A stretch of DNA of 64,000 nucleotides from contig CALESB010000019.1 of the NCBI GenBank assembly GCA_937906995.1, positions 5,993 through 69,992 of the forward strand. The letters are read 5' to 3'. The DNA is from an uncultured Sutterella sp. GTDB lineage: Bacteria; Pseudomonadota; Gammaproteobacteria; Burkholderiales; Burkholderiaceae_F. This document shows positions 48,354 to 59,270 of this stretch, one piece after another. The number at the start of each line of letters is the position of its first letter. Position 1 is the stretch's first letter. The position numbers and the translations under genes are program-made. The notes under the pieces are model-generated. The model worked only from the letters and a program-made list of their open reading frames with translations. It searched no databases and had not been told where the DNA came from.

Positions 48354-50141
48354 ATGAGTAATTGCTTCACTCGCCTGATTGAAAAGAAGATCGATGCTAA
48401 GTTGCGCCGTCTGTTAACCTATTTTCTTAAAGAAAAGGGTAAGTTAATGTTGGCACTACTTTGTATGACAGTGTCCGCAGCATCCTCTTCTTTAATTGCA
48501 ACCCTTTTAGGTAAGCTCACAGACTTTGGTTTTTATGAACGCGAAGCGTGGGTGCTGTGGGCGGCGCCCTTGGGTTTAGTTTTAATCGCAGTACTTCATG
48601 CAGGTTGTATGTATGCGAGTGCCTACTTGTTATCGAAATCCAGTCAATTGACTTTAGAGCGAATTCGCTCAGAGATGTTTTCTAAAATGCTTCGTTGGAA
48701 GTCTGCAAAGTATCAAGACTTTTCAAGTGGTGTTTTTTCTGCTCGATTCCTAAATGAAGCCAATGGCATGTTGACCAAAAGTGCTCAGGCCATGGTTCGT
48801 CTTTTCCGTGATTTTTTGCAAGTCATTGCTCTGCTTTGTCTTTTGATTTATTACAACTGGCAGTTATCGCTGATTACTTTTGTTACGGGACCTATTATTT
48901 ATTTGATTTTGAAACAGATTTCCAAGAGATTGAAAAAGGTCATTAAGCATAATCAGGAAATGATTGCGTACTTAATGAATACAGCTCAAGAGTCTTATCG
49001 TGCGCAAGGTCTTATCAAAATCTACAATAGCTACGATCAAGAGCATGCCAAATTTTTAACTCTAAACGAAAGAATTAAACGTTTGGTGATGAAAAGTATC
49101 ACTATTGGATCGATTGCTAGTCCGTTAACGCAAATTGTGGCTATGATGGGAGTTGCCGTTGTTTTAACGGTTGCTTTATATCAGTCGCAAAATGGTCATA
49201 TTTCTTTTGGTGAATTTGTGACGTTCTTAGCTGCCATGCTCTTATTGTTGCCCCCTTTGCGCAGCCTTGCAGAGCTCAACGGAACAATTGCAACCATGTC
49301 TGTTGCTGCAAATGGTATTTTTTCGGCGATGGATGTTGAATCTGAAGAAAATACGGGTGATATTGTTCTTGAAGAAGTTAAGGGGAAAATTGAATTTAAG
49401 GATGTGTCACTAACTTACTCAGGAAGCCAAACACCATCTGTTCGTCATTTCAGTTTTGTAGTAGGAGAAGGTGAGCACGTTGCGCTAGTGGGTGCGTCCG
49501 GTTCTGGGAAAAGTTCTCTTATTAATCTTATTTTGCGCTATTGGGAACCGACTCAAGGAGAAATTCTTTTTGATGGTAAGAGCTATAAATCAATTGATAT
49601 GAAGTCCCTTCGTCGCCAATTCTCCGTCGTTTCTCAACATACCTTCCTGTTTAACGAGAGCATTCGCTATAACTTAACCTATGGGTTAGGTGATATTGCA
49701 GAGGAAAAAATCCATCAAGCTTTAGAGGCGGTTTCTCTGACACAGTTTATTAATTCATTACCTTTGGGATTGGACACCGTCGTTGGAGAAGCTGGGGGCA
49801 AATTATCCGGTGGACAAAAGCAACGCTTAGCCATCGTTAGAGCCCTTTTGAAAGATGCGCCGATTCTAATTTTGGATGAAGCCACGAGTGCTTTAGACAG
49901 TGAAAGTGAAAAGCATTTCCAAGATGCCTTAGAAGAGGTTATGAAAGGTCGGACTTGCATTACAGTTGCTCATCGTTTATCAACAATTAAAAATTCGGAT
50001 CGTATCGTGGTGATGGATCAGGGTGAGATTAAAGAAATTGGTAATCATGAAATGTTAATGGAGAAGAACGGAATTTATGCTCGTTTAGTGAAACTGCAGT
50101 CTCTGTCTTCTTTAGAAAAGATGGAGTTGGAAAATGTCTAA
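48354..50141 (+). CDS. MsbA-like ABC exporter (paralog 1)
   Basis: TM domain plus GASGSGKS, LSGGQKQR, LDEATSALD. Confidence 0.88.
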   Translation: MSNCFTRLIEKKIDAKLRRLLTYFLKEKGKLMLALLCMTVSAASSSLIATLLGKLTDFGFYEREAWVLWAAPLGLVLIAVLHAGCMYASAYLLSKSSQLTLERIRSEMFSKMLRWKSAKYQDFSSGVFSARFLNEANGMLTKSAQAMVRLFRDFLQVIALLCLLIYYNWQLSLITFVTGPIIYLILKQISKRLKKVIKHNQEMIAYLMNTAQESYRAQGLIKIYNSYDQEHAKFLTLNERIKRLVMKSITIGSIASPLTQIVAMMGVAVVLTVALYQSQNGHISFGEFVTFLAAMLLLLPPLRSLAELNGTIATMSVAANGIFSAMDVESEENTGDIVLEEVKGKIEFKDVSLTYSGSQTPSVRHFSFVVGEGEHVALVGASGSGKSSLINLILRYWEPTQGEILFDGKSYKSIDMKSLRRQFSVVSQHTFLFNESIRYNLTYGLGDIAEEKIHQALEAVSLTQFINSLPLGLDTVVGEAGGKLSGGQKQRLAIVRALLKDAPILILDEATSALDSESEKHFQDALEEVMKGRTCITVAHRLSTIKNSDRIVVMDQGEIKEIGNHEMLMEKNGIYARLVKLQSLSSLEKMELENV

Positions 50142-51879
50142 AAAAAGCGTTTCATGGTTTTCTCCAGAGTTAAAGCGTTTATATAAATATGTGACGCCTC
50201 ATGTTGGTCTTTTATTTTTAGCCGCGATAGCGCTTGGCGTGAATGCTGCTACCTCATCGTTAATTGCAACGTTGTTGGGCAAAATGACCGATTTAGGATT
50301 TTATGAAAAAGATCCTCGAATTATTTTGGCAGCGCCTCTGACTTTAATTGGTATTACCGTTATTTATGGTTTAAGTAATTATTTAGGTGATTACTGGTTA
50401 GGTTTAGCAAGTCAAAAAGCTCTCATCAAGATTCGGGGTGAAATGTTTGACCGAATCATTCGTTGGCCATTTGCAAGTTACCAACACTACACGACGTCTC
50501 AGATCGGCACAAAATTCATGAATGAAGGCAACCAGGCTTTGGCTGCTGTCACGAAGTCTTGTGTCATGATTGTGAAGGATTCGTTGCAAATAGTTGGCTT
50601 GTTAGGGGTTCTCTTTTATTACAACTGGCAATTGTCAATTGTGATGCTGTTAATGGCACCATTGCTTGTGAGCGCAATGAAGTTTATTTCGAAGCGATCA
50701 AAAAAAATGGTGGCATCCAACCAGAAAACGTGGGGGCGCCTCATTGGTGTTGTCCAAGATGCCTACACAGCCAATAAATTGGTGAAAGCTAATGATGCCT
50801 ATGCGATTGAAGAAACAAAATTCAATGAAGTAAACCGCAAGATTCGTACCGAGCAAGTGCACTTAGTGAAGTTAAAGGCCATGTCAACGCCAATGACGCA
50901 TGTTATTTCCATGTTAGGTGTGGCAGTGGTGGTAAGCGTTGCTATGTTTGAAGCACAACAAGGGCTCATTACAGTGGGTGAATTTATTACGTTCTTAAGT
51001 GCAATGCTTTTGATGCGAGATCCACTTAATCATCTATCGGGGTTAAATGCCACGTTAGCAACGATGAGTGCTGCTGCGACGAGTGTCTTTGAAATGATGG
51101 ATGTTAAACTAGAGGAAGAAACGGGAACAAAAGAACTTTCCGACATGAAAGGCAAAGTCACTTTTGATCATGTGGGTCTAACCTATCCTGGCGCTTCAAA
51201 AGAGGCCGTATCAGACTTCAATTTGACAATTAAACCGGGTGAACACGTTGCATTGGTTGGCTTATCGGGTTCAGGAAAGAGCTCAATTATCAATATGTTG
51301 CCACGTTTTTGGGAGCCGACGTCTGGAAAGATTTGTGTTGACGACATTGATTACACGCAGTTAACACGTGAAAGTCTGCGTCGACATATTGCATTTGTGA
51401 CCCAAGATATTGTTTTGTTTGATGATACGATTCGGGCTAATTTAGCTTATGGATTAAAGGCTGTGACCGATGAGCAGATTTATGCTGCCTTGGACGCTGC
51501 TGCATTGGGGGATTTTGTGCGTCAACTGCCCGAGGGATTAGATACTCCGGTTGGAGAGTTTGGTGGCAAACTCTCCGGTGGTCAAAAGCAACGTTTGTCT
51601 ATTGCAAGAGCCTTCTTGAAGGATGCTCGAATTTTAATTTTTGATGAGGCAACCAGTGCGCTTGATAGCGAAAGTGAGCATAAGATTAAGCTTGCGCTTG
51701 AAACTGTTACGAAGGGACGTACAACCATTACGGTCGCCCATCGCTTATCAACGATTGAAAATGCCGATCAAATCATTGTGATGGAAAACGGAAGAATCGT
51801 TGAGCAAGGTACCCATCTAAGCTTGATGAGTCTCAATGGTAGGTATGCAAAACTTGTGCAGTTACAGAGCTTAGCTTAG
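50134..51879 (+). CDS. MsbA-like ABC exporter (paralog 2)
   Basis: TM domain plus GLSGSGKS, LSGGQKQR, FDEATSALD. Confidence 0.88.
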   Translation: MSKKSVSWFSPELKRLYKYVTPHVGLLFLAAIALGVNAATSSLIATLLGKMTDLGFYEKDPRIILAAPLTLIGITVIYGLSNYLGDYWLGLASQKALIKIRGEMFDRIIRWPFASYQHYTTSQIGTKFMNEGNQALAAVTKSCVMIVKDSLQIVGLLGVLFYYNWQLSIVMLLMAPLLVSAMKFISKRSKKMVASNQKTWGRLIGVVQDAYTANKLVKANDAYAIEETKFNEVNRKIRTEQVHLVKLKAMSTPMTHVISMLGVAVVVSVAMFEAQQGLITVGEFITFLSAMLLMRDPLNHLSGLNATLATMSAAATSVFEMMDVKLEEETGTKELSDMKGKVTFDHVGLTYPGASKEAVSDFNLTIKPGEHVALVGLSGSGKSSIINMLPRFWEPTSGKICVDDIDYTQLTRESLRRHIAFVTQDIVLFDDTIRANLAYGLKAVTDEQIYAALDAAALGDFVRQLPEGLDTPVGEFGGKLSGGQKQRLSIARAFLKDARILIFDEATSALDSESEHKIKLALETVTKGRTTITVAHRLSTIENADQIIVMENGRIVEQGTHLSLMSLNGRYAKLVQLQSLA

Positions 51880-51894
51880 ATTATTAATCTTAAA

Positions 51895-51935
51895 TAAAAG
51901 AGCCAAACGTTGACTAAAGACGTTTGGCTTTTTTA
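51895..51935 (+). terminator. Intrinsic terminator
   Basis: AGCCAAACGT..ACGTTTGGCT-TTTT. Confidence 0.7.
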
Positions 51936-52084
51936 TTTGGTATTTACCTTAACGACAAAAGATTTAAGGGAAAACCTTTAAGGTAAATAAAAATTTATCA
52001 TTTAAATACAAAGGGTTAATTCTAATTGAGGGTCGGTTAGTAAAAGAGAAGAATAGAAGAGATTTAATTGCATGGAGATCAGAC

Positions 52085-53350
52085 ATGACTTTATCGCTTT
52101 TTGCTAGCCTAATTATCGTCATAGGGACGATTTATGCGCTGATCAAACGTTATGAAACACGATTGGTTTTAATTACGGCCGGTTTTTTGATGGCATGTAT
52201 TTCTTTAGATCCAATGATGGCATTTCATCAGTTTGATGCTTCCATGACAAAATCGTCATTAATTATCGCGATTTGTTCTGCCATGGGTTTTGCTTCGGTG
52301 ATCGCTTTGACAAAGTGCGATGTTCATTTGGTTGCTTTGCTCTTAAAACCAGTTGGTAAGTTGGGTATTTTCTTGTTACCAGTTGGGATGTGCATCACGG
52401 CAGTTTGTTCCGTAGCGATTACATCAACTGCTGGGATTTGTGCGGCTATCGGGCCAACACTGATTCCGATTTTGGTGAGAGCCGGTTTCCATCCTGCTAT
52501 TGCTGCGGGTTCCATTGTGGCCTCAGTTTTCCCTGCCTACTATAACCCAGGTATTGCTCATAATGTTTTCGTGGCGAAGTTGGCAGATATGGAAGTGATG
52601 GATCTCATCATTTTAATGAGTGACAAAATCTTCATTATTTTCTCAGGTCTCGTTATTGGTTTAACAGCAGTTTGCCTTATTTACAAGGATTTCCGAAAAG
52701 ACGGTTTTGGAGAGTTGACCGTTGAGCAAAACAAAGACAATGCATTACCGGAAAAGGTCAATATTTTCTACGCTGTAGCCCCTCTAATTCCCGTTGCGAT
52801 TTTGCTCTATTGCACTCTTTATACGGATCTTAAAATTTCTGTGGCTACGGCTATGCTAATTGGTGCTGCTTATGCATTAACCATTACGCGTAGTAATCCA
52901 GCGGATGTGACTCGCAAATTCTTTGATGGTATGGGAAAGGCTTACGCCAATATTTTGGGGATCATTATTGCTGCCGGCGTGTTTGCAGCAGGTTTAAAAG
53001 CGGCTGGCGTGATTGATCTTTTGGTCGACTTCTTAAGAAACTCAAATGAATGGGCAAAGATCGGAGGCAGTGTTGGTCCCTATGTGATGGGACTTATGAC
53101 GGGCTCTGGTGATGCGGCTGCTTTCGCCTTTAATGAAGCAGTGACGCCTCATGCTGCACAATTTGGAACGACAATTCCCGATTTGGGGTATTTGGCTGTG
53201 ATGGCCGGTGCCTTAGGACGGACGAGTTCTCCCTTGTGTGGTGGTTTGATTATTGCTGCAGGTATTGCGGGTGTTAATCCTGTTGAAATCGTTAAGAGAA
53301 CCGCTCCGGCTTGCTTGGCCGTGCTCGCAGTAACTTATGTCATTTTCTAA
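52085..53350 (+). CDS. dcuC: DcuC-family C4-dicarboxylate transporter
   Basis: FFDGMG, TGSGDAA..AF, GRTSSP..G, EIVKRT motifs. Confidence 0.85.
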   Translation: MTLSLFASLIIVIGTIYALIKRYETRLVLITAGFLMACISLDPMMAFHQFDASMTKSSLIIAICSAMGFASVIALTKCDVHLVALLLKPVGKLGIFLLPVGMCITAVCSVAITSTAGICAAIGPTLIPILVRAGFHPAIAAGSIVASVFPAYYNPGIAHNVFVAKLADMEVMDLIILMSDKIFIIFSGLVIGLTAVCLIYKDFRKDGFGELTVEQNKDNALPEKVNIFYAVAPLIPVAILLYCTLYTDLKISVATAMLIGAAYALTITRSNPADVTRKFFDGMGKAYANILGIIIAAGVFAAGLKAAGVIDLLVDFLRNSNEWAKIGGSVGPYVMGLMTGSGDAAAFAFNEAVTPHAAQFGTTIPDLGYLAVMAGALGRTSSPLCGGLIIAAGIAGVNPVEIVKRTAPACLAVLAVTYVIF

Positions 53351-53392
53351 CGGTTGCGAACCGTAATCTATTTCTTTGTAGGAGTTTATGAA

Positions 53393-54790
53393 ATGTGGGA
53401 CCTACTCTTAAAAAATGGTCATGTTGTTGACCCGACTAATGACCGTAATGGCATTATGGATGTCGCCATTGAAAATGGGAAAATCGCTGCTGTTGGAGAA
53501 AATCTTCAAGGTTTAACTAAAGCGGTCGAGGACTGTGCGGGACTCTTGGTTGTTCCTGGTGTCATTGATGGTCACTTACATTTAGGTAGTGTATTTGGTG
53601 GCTCCAATGGTTACCGTATGGCCGCTCTTTCCGGTGTGACATCTTGCATTGATATGGCAGGACCTTATTTGGACCTTTATAAGTACGCACGAACCGAAGG
53701 TGCGGGCATGAATGTTGCCATTATGGAAGGTTTTGATCCGATGAAAGAATGCGGGACAAAAAGCCCCGCTCGCTCTCAGGTGGCAGACTTTATTGAGCGA
53801 TCCACAACGAATGGTGCTTTAGGGATCAAATTAATTGGGGGCCATTGGCCGTTACCTGTTGAAGTCTGCAGGGATGCGATAGAGCTGTCTTACGAAAAGC
53901 ATAACTTTGTTGCTTGGCATGCTGGTTCCATGACTTCAAGCTCCAATATTGGTGGGATGAAAGAAGCCATTGAAACAGCTGACGGTTTGCCGTTGCATTT
54001 GGCTCACGTCAATTCCTATTGTCGCGGACACATTCGCGCTCCGGAAATCGAATCTCAAGAAGCCATTGAGATGCTTAAGCAAAATCCCAATGTTTGGTCA
54101 GATGCTTACATGAGTCCCTTAAATGGTACGGTGATTGATGTGCTAGAGGACGGTACGTTGCCAGATCATGTGACACGTTGTTGCTTAGAAATTTTCAAGT
54201 TACCTGTCACTAAAGAAGGTATCCGCGCGGCTTTTAAGCAAGGAATTCTTTTTATTATGCGTGACGGGAAACTGGTGACGGAACTTTTAGGAGGTGATGA
54301 GGGGATTGCTCAGTGGGAAGCTAATGGCTTTAAAGGCATGGGTAGCTTTACGGTCAACCCTCCGGTGTCTCGTTTAATGCTTCAACAAGCCAAGCGTGAC
54401 GACGGATCATTTGTGATTGACTCCATGTCAACGGACGGTGGTTGTGTGCCTCGCAATGTGATTGTTCCAATGGGGATTAACTTAGTGAAATTTGGCGCAT
54501 TAACTTTGTCAGAGTTTGTTCAAAAATCCAGTATTGCAGGTGCTCGCTATCTTCGCTTAGGCGATCGTGGTCATTTCTCTGAAGGAGCTTGCGCCGATAT
54601 TACGATTATTGATTATGACAGAGCTGTCGCAGTAGAAACGATTGTCAATGGGTGCGTTAATATGAAAAACGGCGTGCTTTATGGTCAATCGATGAAGGTT
54701 ATCACGAGTGAGAAGGGGAAAAAGGTGGTCAATGATAATGGCTATGAAGCTATTGTTGTCGATATGAGTGATACGAACGTTCGTCGATAG
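53393..54790 (+). CDS. Metal-dependent amidohydrolase (dihydroorotase-like), paralog A
   Basis: PGVIDGHLH, KLIGGH, STDGG, GACADITI. Confidence 0.85.
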   Translation: MWDLLLKNGHVVDPTNDRNGIMDVAIENGKIAAVGENLQGLTKAVEDCAGLLVVPGVIDGHLHLGSVFGGSNGYRMAALSGVTSCIDMAGPYLDLYKYARTEGAGMNVAIMEGFDPMKECGTKSPARSQVADFIERSTTNGALGIKLIGGHWPLPVEVCRDAIELSYEKHNFVAWHAGSMTSSSNIGGMKEAIETADGLPLHLAHVNSYCRGHIRAPEIESQEAIEMLKQNPNVWSDAYMSPLNGTVIDVLEDGTLPDHVTRCCLEIFKLPVTKEGIRAAFKQGILFIMRDGKLVTELLGGDEGIAQWEANGFKGMGSFTVNPPVSRLMLQQAKRDDGSFVIDSMSTDGGCVPRNVIVPMGINLVKFGALTLSEFVQKSSIAGARYLRLGDRGHFSEGACADITIIDYDRAVAVETIVNGCVNMKNGVLYGQSMKVITSEKGKKVVNDNGYEAIVVDMSDTNVRR

Positions 54791-54839
54791 TGAATCAAAC
54801 GATAGGTACGCAAAGAATGCGTGCCTATCGTTAACAAGG

Positions 54840-55781
54840 TTAATTAACGCCCATTAAAGTTAAAGTAATGGGAATGGCCATAGCCGACAGCAATGTGGAA
54901 ACAAAGATAGCGTTACTGGCAGCACCTTCTTCACTTCTAAAGTCAGTTGCCATCAAGTAGATATTAATGGCCACAGGTAAAGCCGCTGTCAAAGTGACCG
55001 TATAGGTTTCTAGTGGTGGAAGACTAAAAAGTTTGGCTAAACCAAAAACTAATAGTGGTTGAACAATTATTTTAAGTACTGTAATACTTAAGCCTTTTGG
55101 AAGACCTGCTGTGAACTGATGTTGAGCCAACCCCATCCCAACAACAATCAAAGCGATTGGGGTTGTTGCAGTGGAAATGAGTCCAATGGATTGGTCGAGA
55201 AAATGAGGAAGTTTTAAACCAGTAAAACTAAAGGCACTGCCTAAAAGGATGGCAAATACGATTGGATTTTTAAAAACTCGAAGCAAGGATAGTGCTACTT
55301 TCTTAAGATCTTTTGTGCTTTCAGGCTTGCCAAACTCAACAAAGGCGATGGCTGCCGTCCACATGGTAATGACGCTGAAAATGACAATGAGGCTGAGTGT
55401 TGGAATCGCCGCTTCTCCCAGACTCACTTGAACAATGGGAACACCTAATTGAACATTATTTCCAAAAATGGCCGCCATTCCAAACACGGTTTTTCCAGTG
55501 TTGTCTAGACCAAAGCTTTGTCCTAAAAAACGCCCTAAGAAAAACACAATCACGCAAGAAATAGCAAAAACACCAATAGCTCGGTAGTCAATGGGTGGAA
55601 GAGAAGATAAGTCACTCATCAAGTCAAAGAGCATAACTGGCATCAAAAGACGGAAGGTAAAACTTCCCAAACTTAGACTTGTCTGATTATTAAAGGCTTT
55701 ACACTTAATCAGTCCCCAACCAAGAAAGACCAAAAGAAAAAGTGGTAGACAAACTTCTAGATGATAGAAAAAGAGTTCCAT
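54840..55781 (-). CDS. AEC (auxin efflux carrier) family transporter
   Basis: FGNNVQLGVPI, NPIV, ALPVAIN motifs; multiple TM segments. Confidence 0.88.
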   Translation of the reverse strand: MELFFYHLEVCLPLFLLVFLGWGLIKCKAFNNQTSLSLGSFTFRLLMPVMLFDLMSDLSSLPPIDYRAIGVFAISCVIVFFLGRFLGQSFGLDNTGKTVFGMAAIFGNNVQLGVPIVQVSLGEAAIPTLSLIVIFSVITMWTAAIAFVEFGKPESTKDLKKVALSLLRVFKNPIVFAILLGSAFSFTGLKLPHFLDQSIGLISTATTPIALIVVGMGLAQHQFTAGLPKGLSITVLKIIVQPLLVFGLAKLFSLPPLETYTVTLTAALPVAINIYLMATDFRSEEGAASNAIFVSTLLSAMAIPITLTLMGVN

Positions 55782-55861
55782 AGAGATATTCCCAATCGAT
55801 GGGAATATCTTATGCTGCGAGGCATGACTTCGCCTTGAGGATTGTCCTTAGGTTCGATAAC

Positions 55862-57376
55862 CTAAAATGGTGTTTTTGCATCAATAGTGATCACTTCTTT
55901 TGTTCTTGGGTGTGTGAACGTTAAAGAGTGAGCATGTAAATAAAGTCGATCAGCAGGATGTCCGTAAAGGTCATCACCGACAATAGGAGAGTTAAGACCA
56001 CGACGATGCGCTGCATGTAAACGCAATTGATGGGTACGGCCTGTTTTTGGGTAAAAAGCAACTCGTGTGTACTCTCCCTCTTGTCCTAGTACTTCATATT
56101 GAGTGACTGCCGCTTTACCGTAGGCTCGGCTTACCATTTGTCGTGGGCGCTCTAAAGGATTAAGACACAAGGGAAGATTAATTTCGCCGTAGGTTTCTTC
56201 TGGGCATTTTTCTAATAGCGCAACATAACGCTTTTGAATTTGACCGTGTGCAAAAGCATTTTGTAATTGTTGATGAGCAAATTTTGTTTTTGCAAAAATC
56301 AGTACACCAGAGGTTGCCATATCCAAACGATGCAAAAGCATGGGACCGGTCGCATTAGGATACATGGCTAAAATCGTATCGTAGACATTACGTACGGCAT
56401 GCTTTCCTGGAACTGATAAAAGACCTGCTGGCTTATTGACAGCAACAAGGTCACTGTCTTCATAAATAATTTCAGGAACCCAATCCTTGAAATGATCAAT
56501 TGCCAATTGGTTGGGTTCTAGTGTCATTCCTTTTAATTGAAAATCTAAAAGAGGTGCGTGGCGTTCTTTAGCAAAACTATAAAAAACACCATCCTGACGC
56601 ACATCGTGAGAGGGCAAACGACCCCACCAGAAAGAACCAAAGGCAACAATTTTTTCGTGATGTGTTCTTGCTTGGTGAATGAGCGCCGGAAGGCTTGAGC
56701 GTAATAAGGCCTTAAGCCACTCTTCTTTTTCGATATAGTCGGAAAGTAAGTGAAAGAGTGTTTGGTTTTGATTTAGTACATTAGAGAGACGAATACTCCC
56801 TAAGCGATGCTGCCAGTCGGCAAGCAATGCTTTTTGAGTCTCTGCTTGAATACGAGCGTGAGACTTTTCTTCCTCATGAATAGCCTGAGACAAAACTGCT
56901 TTTAGACGATCTAACTCGCGAGAGTCGCGCTGGCTCTCAAGTGCTAAAGCGTCAGTGTCAACGTTAGCCTCCATTCGGGCAAAACGTCGTTTAGTTTTAC
57001 GTTCTCTGGCAGCGGCTCGAAATTGAATATAAGCTTCTTCGGCTTTCGCTCTTTGCTCTAAAGCCTTTTCTAAATAATCTGTTTTGATTTTAGGAAAATG
57101 AGCCGGGGGTAATTGTTGCCAAAAGCTTTTAACAAAAAAAGCATCATCCGTATCAAATTGGTCACAACCAGCATAAAAACCCAGTTGTCCATTTTTTCTT
57201 TGGACGATTAAAACAGCAACAAGTCGACCTGGCTGACCTTGAGCGTTATTTTCTAGATGCGTGCGAATGCAATAAGCCGCTTTTCTCACCCAGGGATGAG
57301 GCTCATAATGGTAGGGAAAGGTCAATGCTTTTGGCATTTTGCCTTCACGAACAAAAAGACTGTGAAACATTGGCAC
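55862..57376 (-). CDS. RluA-family pseudouridine synthase with long N-terminal extension
   Basis: NKPAGLLSVPG, HRLDMATSG, TGRTHQLRLH; start could be 57337. Confidence 0.88.
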   Translation of the reverse strand: MPMFHSLFVREGKMPKALTFPYHYEPHPWVRKAAYCIRTHLENNAQGQPGRLVAVLIVQRKNGQLGFYAGCDQFDTDDAFFVKSFWQQLPPAHFPKIKTDYLEKALEQRAKAEEAYIQFRAAARERKTKRRFARMEANVDTDALALESQRDSRELDRLKAVLSQAIHEEEKSHARIQAETQKALLADWQHRLGSIRLSNVLNQNQTLFHLLSDYIEKEEWLKALLRSSLPALIHQARTHHEKIVAFGSFWWGRLPSHDVRQDGVFYSFAKERHAPLLDFQLKGMTLEPNQLAIDHFKDWVPEIIYEDSDLVAVNKPAGLLSVPGKHAVRNVYDTILAMYPNATGPMLLHRLDMATSGVLIFAKTKFAHQQLQNAFAHGQIQKRYVALLEKCPEETYGEINLPLCLNPLERPRQMVSRAYGKAAVTQYEVLGQEGEYTRVAFYPKTGRTHQLRLHAAHRRGLNSPIVGDDLYGHPADRLYLHAHSLTFTHPRTKEVITIDAKTPF

Positions 57377-57496
57377 GCTTACTAAAAGAGTGATTAAAAA
57401 ATCATTGAGTTTGCTATTGTAACAAAAAGAAAAGAGCAGTCTGAATAACTGCTCTTTTCCGGATAGAACACTGAGTTTTGTGTTCTAGTTTATTGA

Positions 57497-59143
57497 TTAG
57501 GACAAGCCAACAATCTTGCCGTTGACAACGTCAATGTGCAATGCAGCCGGTTGGCGAGGTAAGCCAGGCATGCGCATGATGGAGCCTGTCGTAGCAACAA
57601 CAAAGCCAGCGCCTGCGTTCAAAATCAAGCGTTGTACTGGTAAGGTAAAGCCCTTCGGAGCACCCAACCAGTTGGACTCGTGAGACAAAGAGTACGGCGT
57701 CTTGGCAACACAAACCGGTAACTTGTCAAAGCCCAATTCTTGAATTTGCTTTAAGTCTTTCTTTGCGGCAGCGGACAACTCGATACCCTTGCCACCATAG
57801 ACATTGACTGTCAATTTTTCGAGCTTCGTTAAGATGTCGTCATCGGCTTCGTAGCTGTAGTTCAAGGGCTTGACTTCACCTTCGGCAGCGGCCATAACGG
57901 CGCGAGCCAATTCAACGGCACCTTCACCGCCCTTAGCAAAGCCATCACAGATAGCAAAGCGGACACCCTTTTCTTCACAATGTTTAGCAATGATGTCGAT
58001 TTCTTCATCCAAGTCGCTAGCAAAGTGGTTTAAGCTCACCACAATGTTGGGTCCGAAGTGCTTCAAGTTGTCAATATGGGCATCAAGGTTGCAAAGACCA
58101 GCACGCAAAGCTTCAACGTTAGGCTTACCGATTTCAGGCAACGGGACATTGCCGTGCCATTTCAAAGCCTTTGTAGAAGTAACCAAGACAATGGCTGCCG
58201 GCGTTAAGCCTGCCATGCGGCACTTGATGTTCATGAACTTTTCGGCACCCAAGTCACTACCGAAACCTGCTTCGGTAATGGCCCAGTCACCTAAGGTGAG
58301 AGCAGCCTTTGTGGCCATGACAGAGTTACAACCGTGGGCGATATTGGCAAATGGGCCACCATGGACAAAAGCCAAGTTACCTTCAAGGGTTTGAACAAGG
58401 TTAGGCTTCATAGCATCTAATAAAAGCGCCATCAAAGAGCCCGTAGCCCCCAATTCTTTACAGGTATAAGCAGAGCCATCACGCTTAATGCCGACAACTA
58501 AACGATCCAAACGAGCGCGCAAATCGTCCAAGTCCGTAGCCAAGCAAAGGACAGCCATTAATTCGCTAGCAACCGTAATGTCAAAGCCCGTTTCGGTGGG
58601 AATGCCATTGGCGGGGCCACCCAAGCCACTGACCATATTACGAAGCATACGGTCGTTAACGTCCACAACGCGACGCCAGATGACCGTTTTAAGATCCACT
58701 TGACCCCAATGACGAGCATTGTCAATCATGGCTGCTAAAAGGTTGTTAGCAGCAGTGATTGCGTGGAAGTCGCCCGTGAAATGCAAGTTAATAGCTTCCA
58801 TCGGTAAAACTTGAGAGTAGCCACCACCAGCGGCGCCGCCCTTCATGCCGAAGCATGGGCCAAGGGAAGGCTCGCGCAAAGCGACAACAGCCTTTTCGCC
58901 CAACTTCTTTAAGCCTTGCGTTAAAGCAATAGAAGTTGTGGTCTTACCGGAGCCAGCGGGCATACCAGAGGTGGCCGTCACTAAAATAAGTTTACCGTGG
59001 GGTTTGCGAGAGGGATCAAGTTGCACTTTGGCCTTGTCACGACCATAGGGTTCAAATTCAGCATCCGATAAGCCTGCGGAATGTGCAAGATCATCGATAC
59101 GAACCAATTGCGCTTCTTGAGCAATTTCGATATCCGATTTCAT
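57497..59143 (-). CDS. fhs: Formate--tetrahydrofolate ligase
   Basis: MKSDIEIAQ, LREPSLGP.FGMKGGAAGGGYSQV, HGGPFANIAHGCNS. Confidence 0.97.
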   Translation of the reverse strand: MKSDIEIAQEAQLVRIDDLAHSAGLSDAEFEPYGRDKAKVQLDPSRKPHGKLILVTATSGMPAGSGKTTTSIALTQGLKKLGEKAVVALREPSLGPCFGMKGGAAGGGYSQVLPMEAINLHFTGDFHAITAANNLLAAMIDNARHWGQVDLKTVIWRRVVDVNDRMLRNMVSGLGGPANGIPTETGFDITVASELMAVLCLATDLDDLRARLDRLVVGIKRDGSAYTCKELGATGSLMALLLDAMKPNLVQTLEGNLAFVHGGPFANIAHGCNSVMATKAALTLGDWAITEAGFGSDLGAEKFMNIKCRMAGLTPAAIVLVTSTKALKWHGNVPLPEIGKPNVEALRAGLCNLDAHIDNLKHFGPNIVVSLNHFASDLDEEIDIIAKHCEEKGVRFAICDGFAKGGEGAVELARAVMAAAEGEVKPLNYSYEADDDILTKLEKLTVNVYGGKGIELSAAAKKDLKQIQELGFDKLPVCVAKTPYSLSHESNWLGAPKGFTLPVQRLILNAGAGFVVATTGSIMRMPGLPRQPAALHIDVVNGKIVGLS

Positions 59144-59195
59144 GGGAAATCTCCAAAAGTTAAATAACAAAAAACAAATACAAAAGCGGTGAGTT

Positions 59196-59270
59196 AAACT
59201 CCCTCTTCAGTGGGTGTTAGTACCTCACTGGTTATGTGCCTCAAAGGATCTGATGGAGGCATAGGAGCTT
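59196..59270 (-). promoter_or_regulatory. Structured leader (three-way junction) upstream of fhs, possible riboswitch
   Basis: P1 AAGCUCCU/GGGAGUUU, P2 UGCCUC/GAGGCA, P3 CAGUG-A-GGU/ACC-CACUG. Confidence 0.35.
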
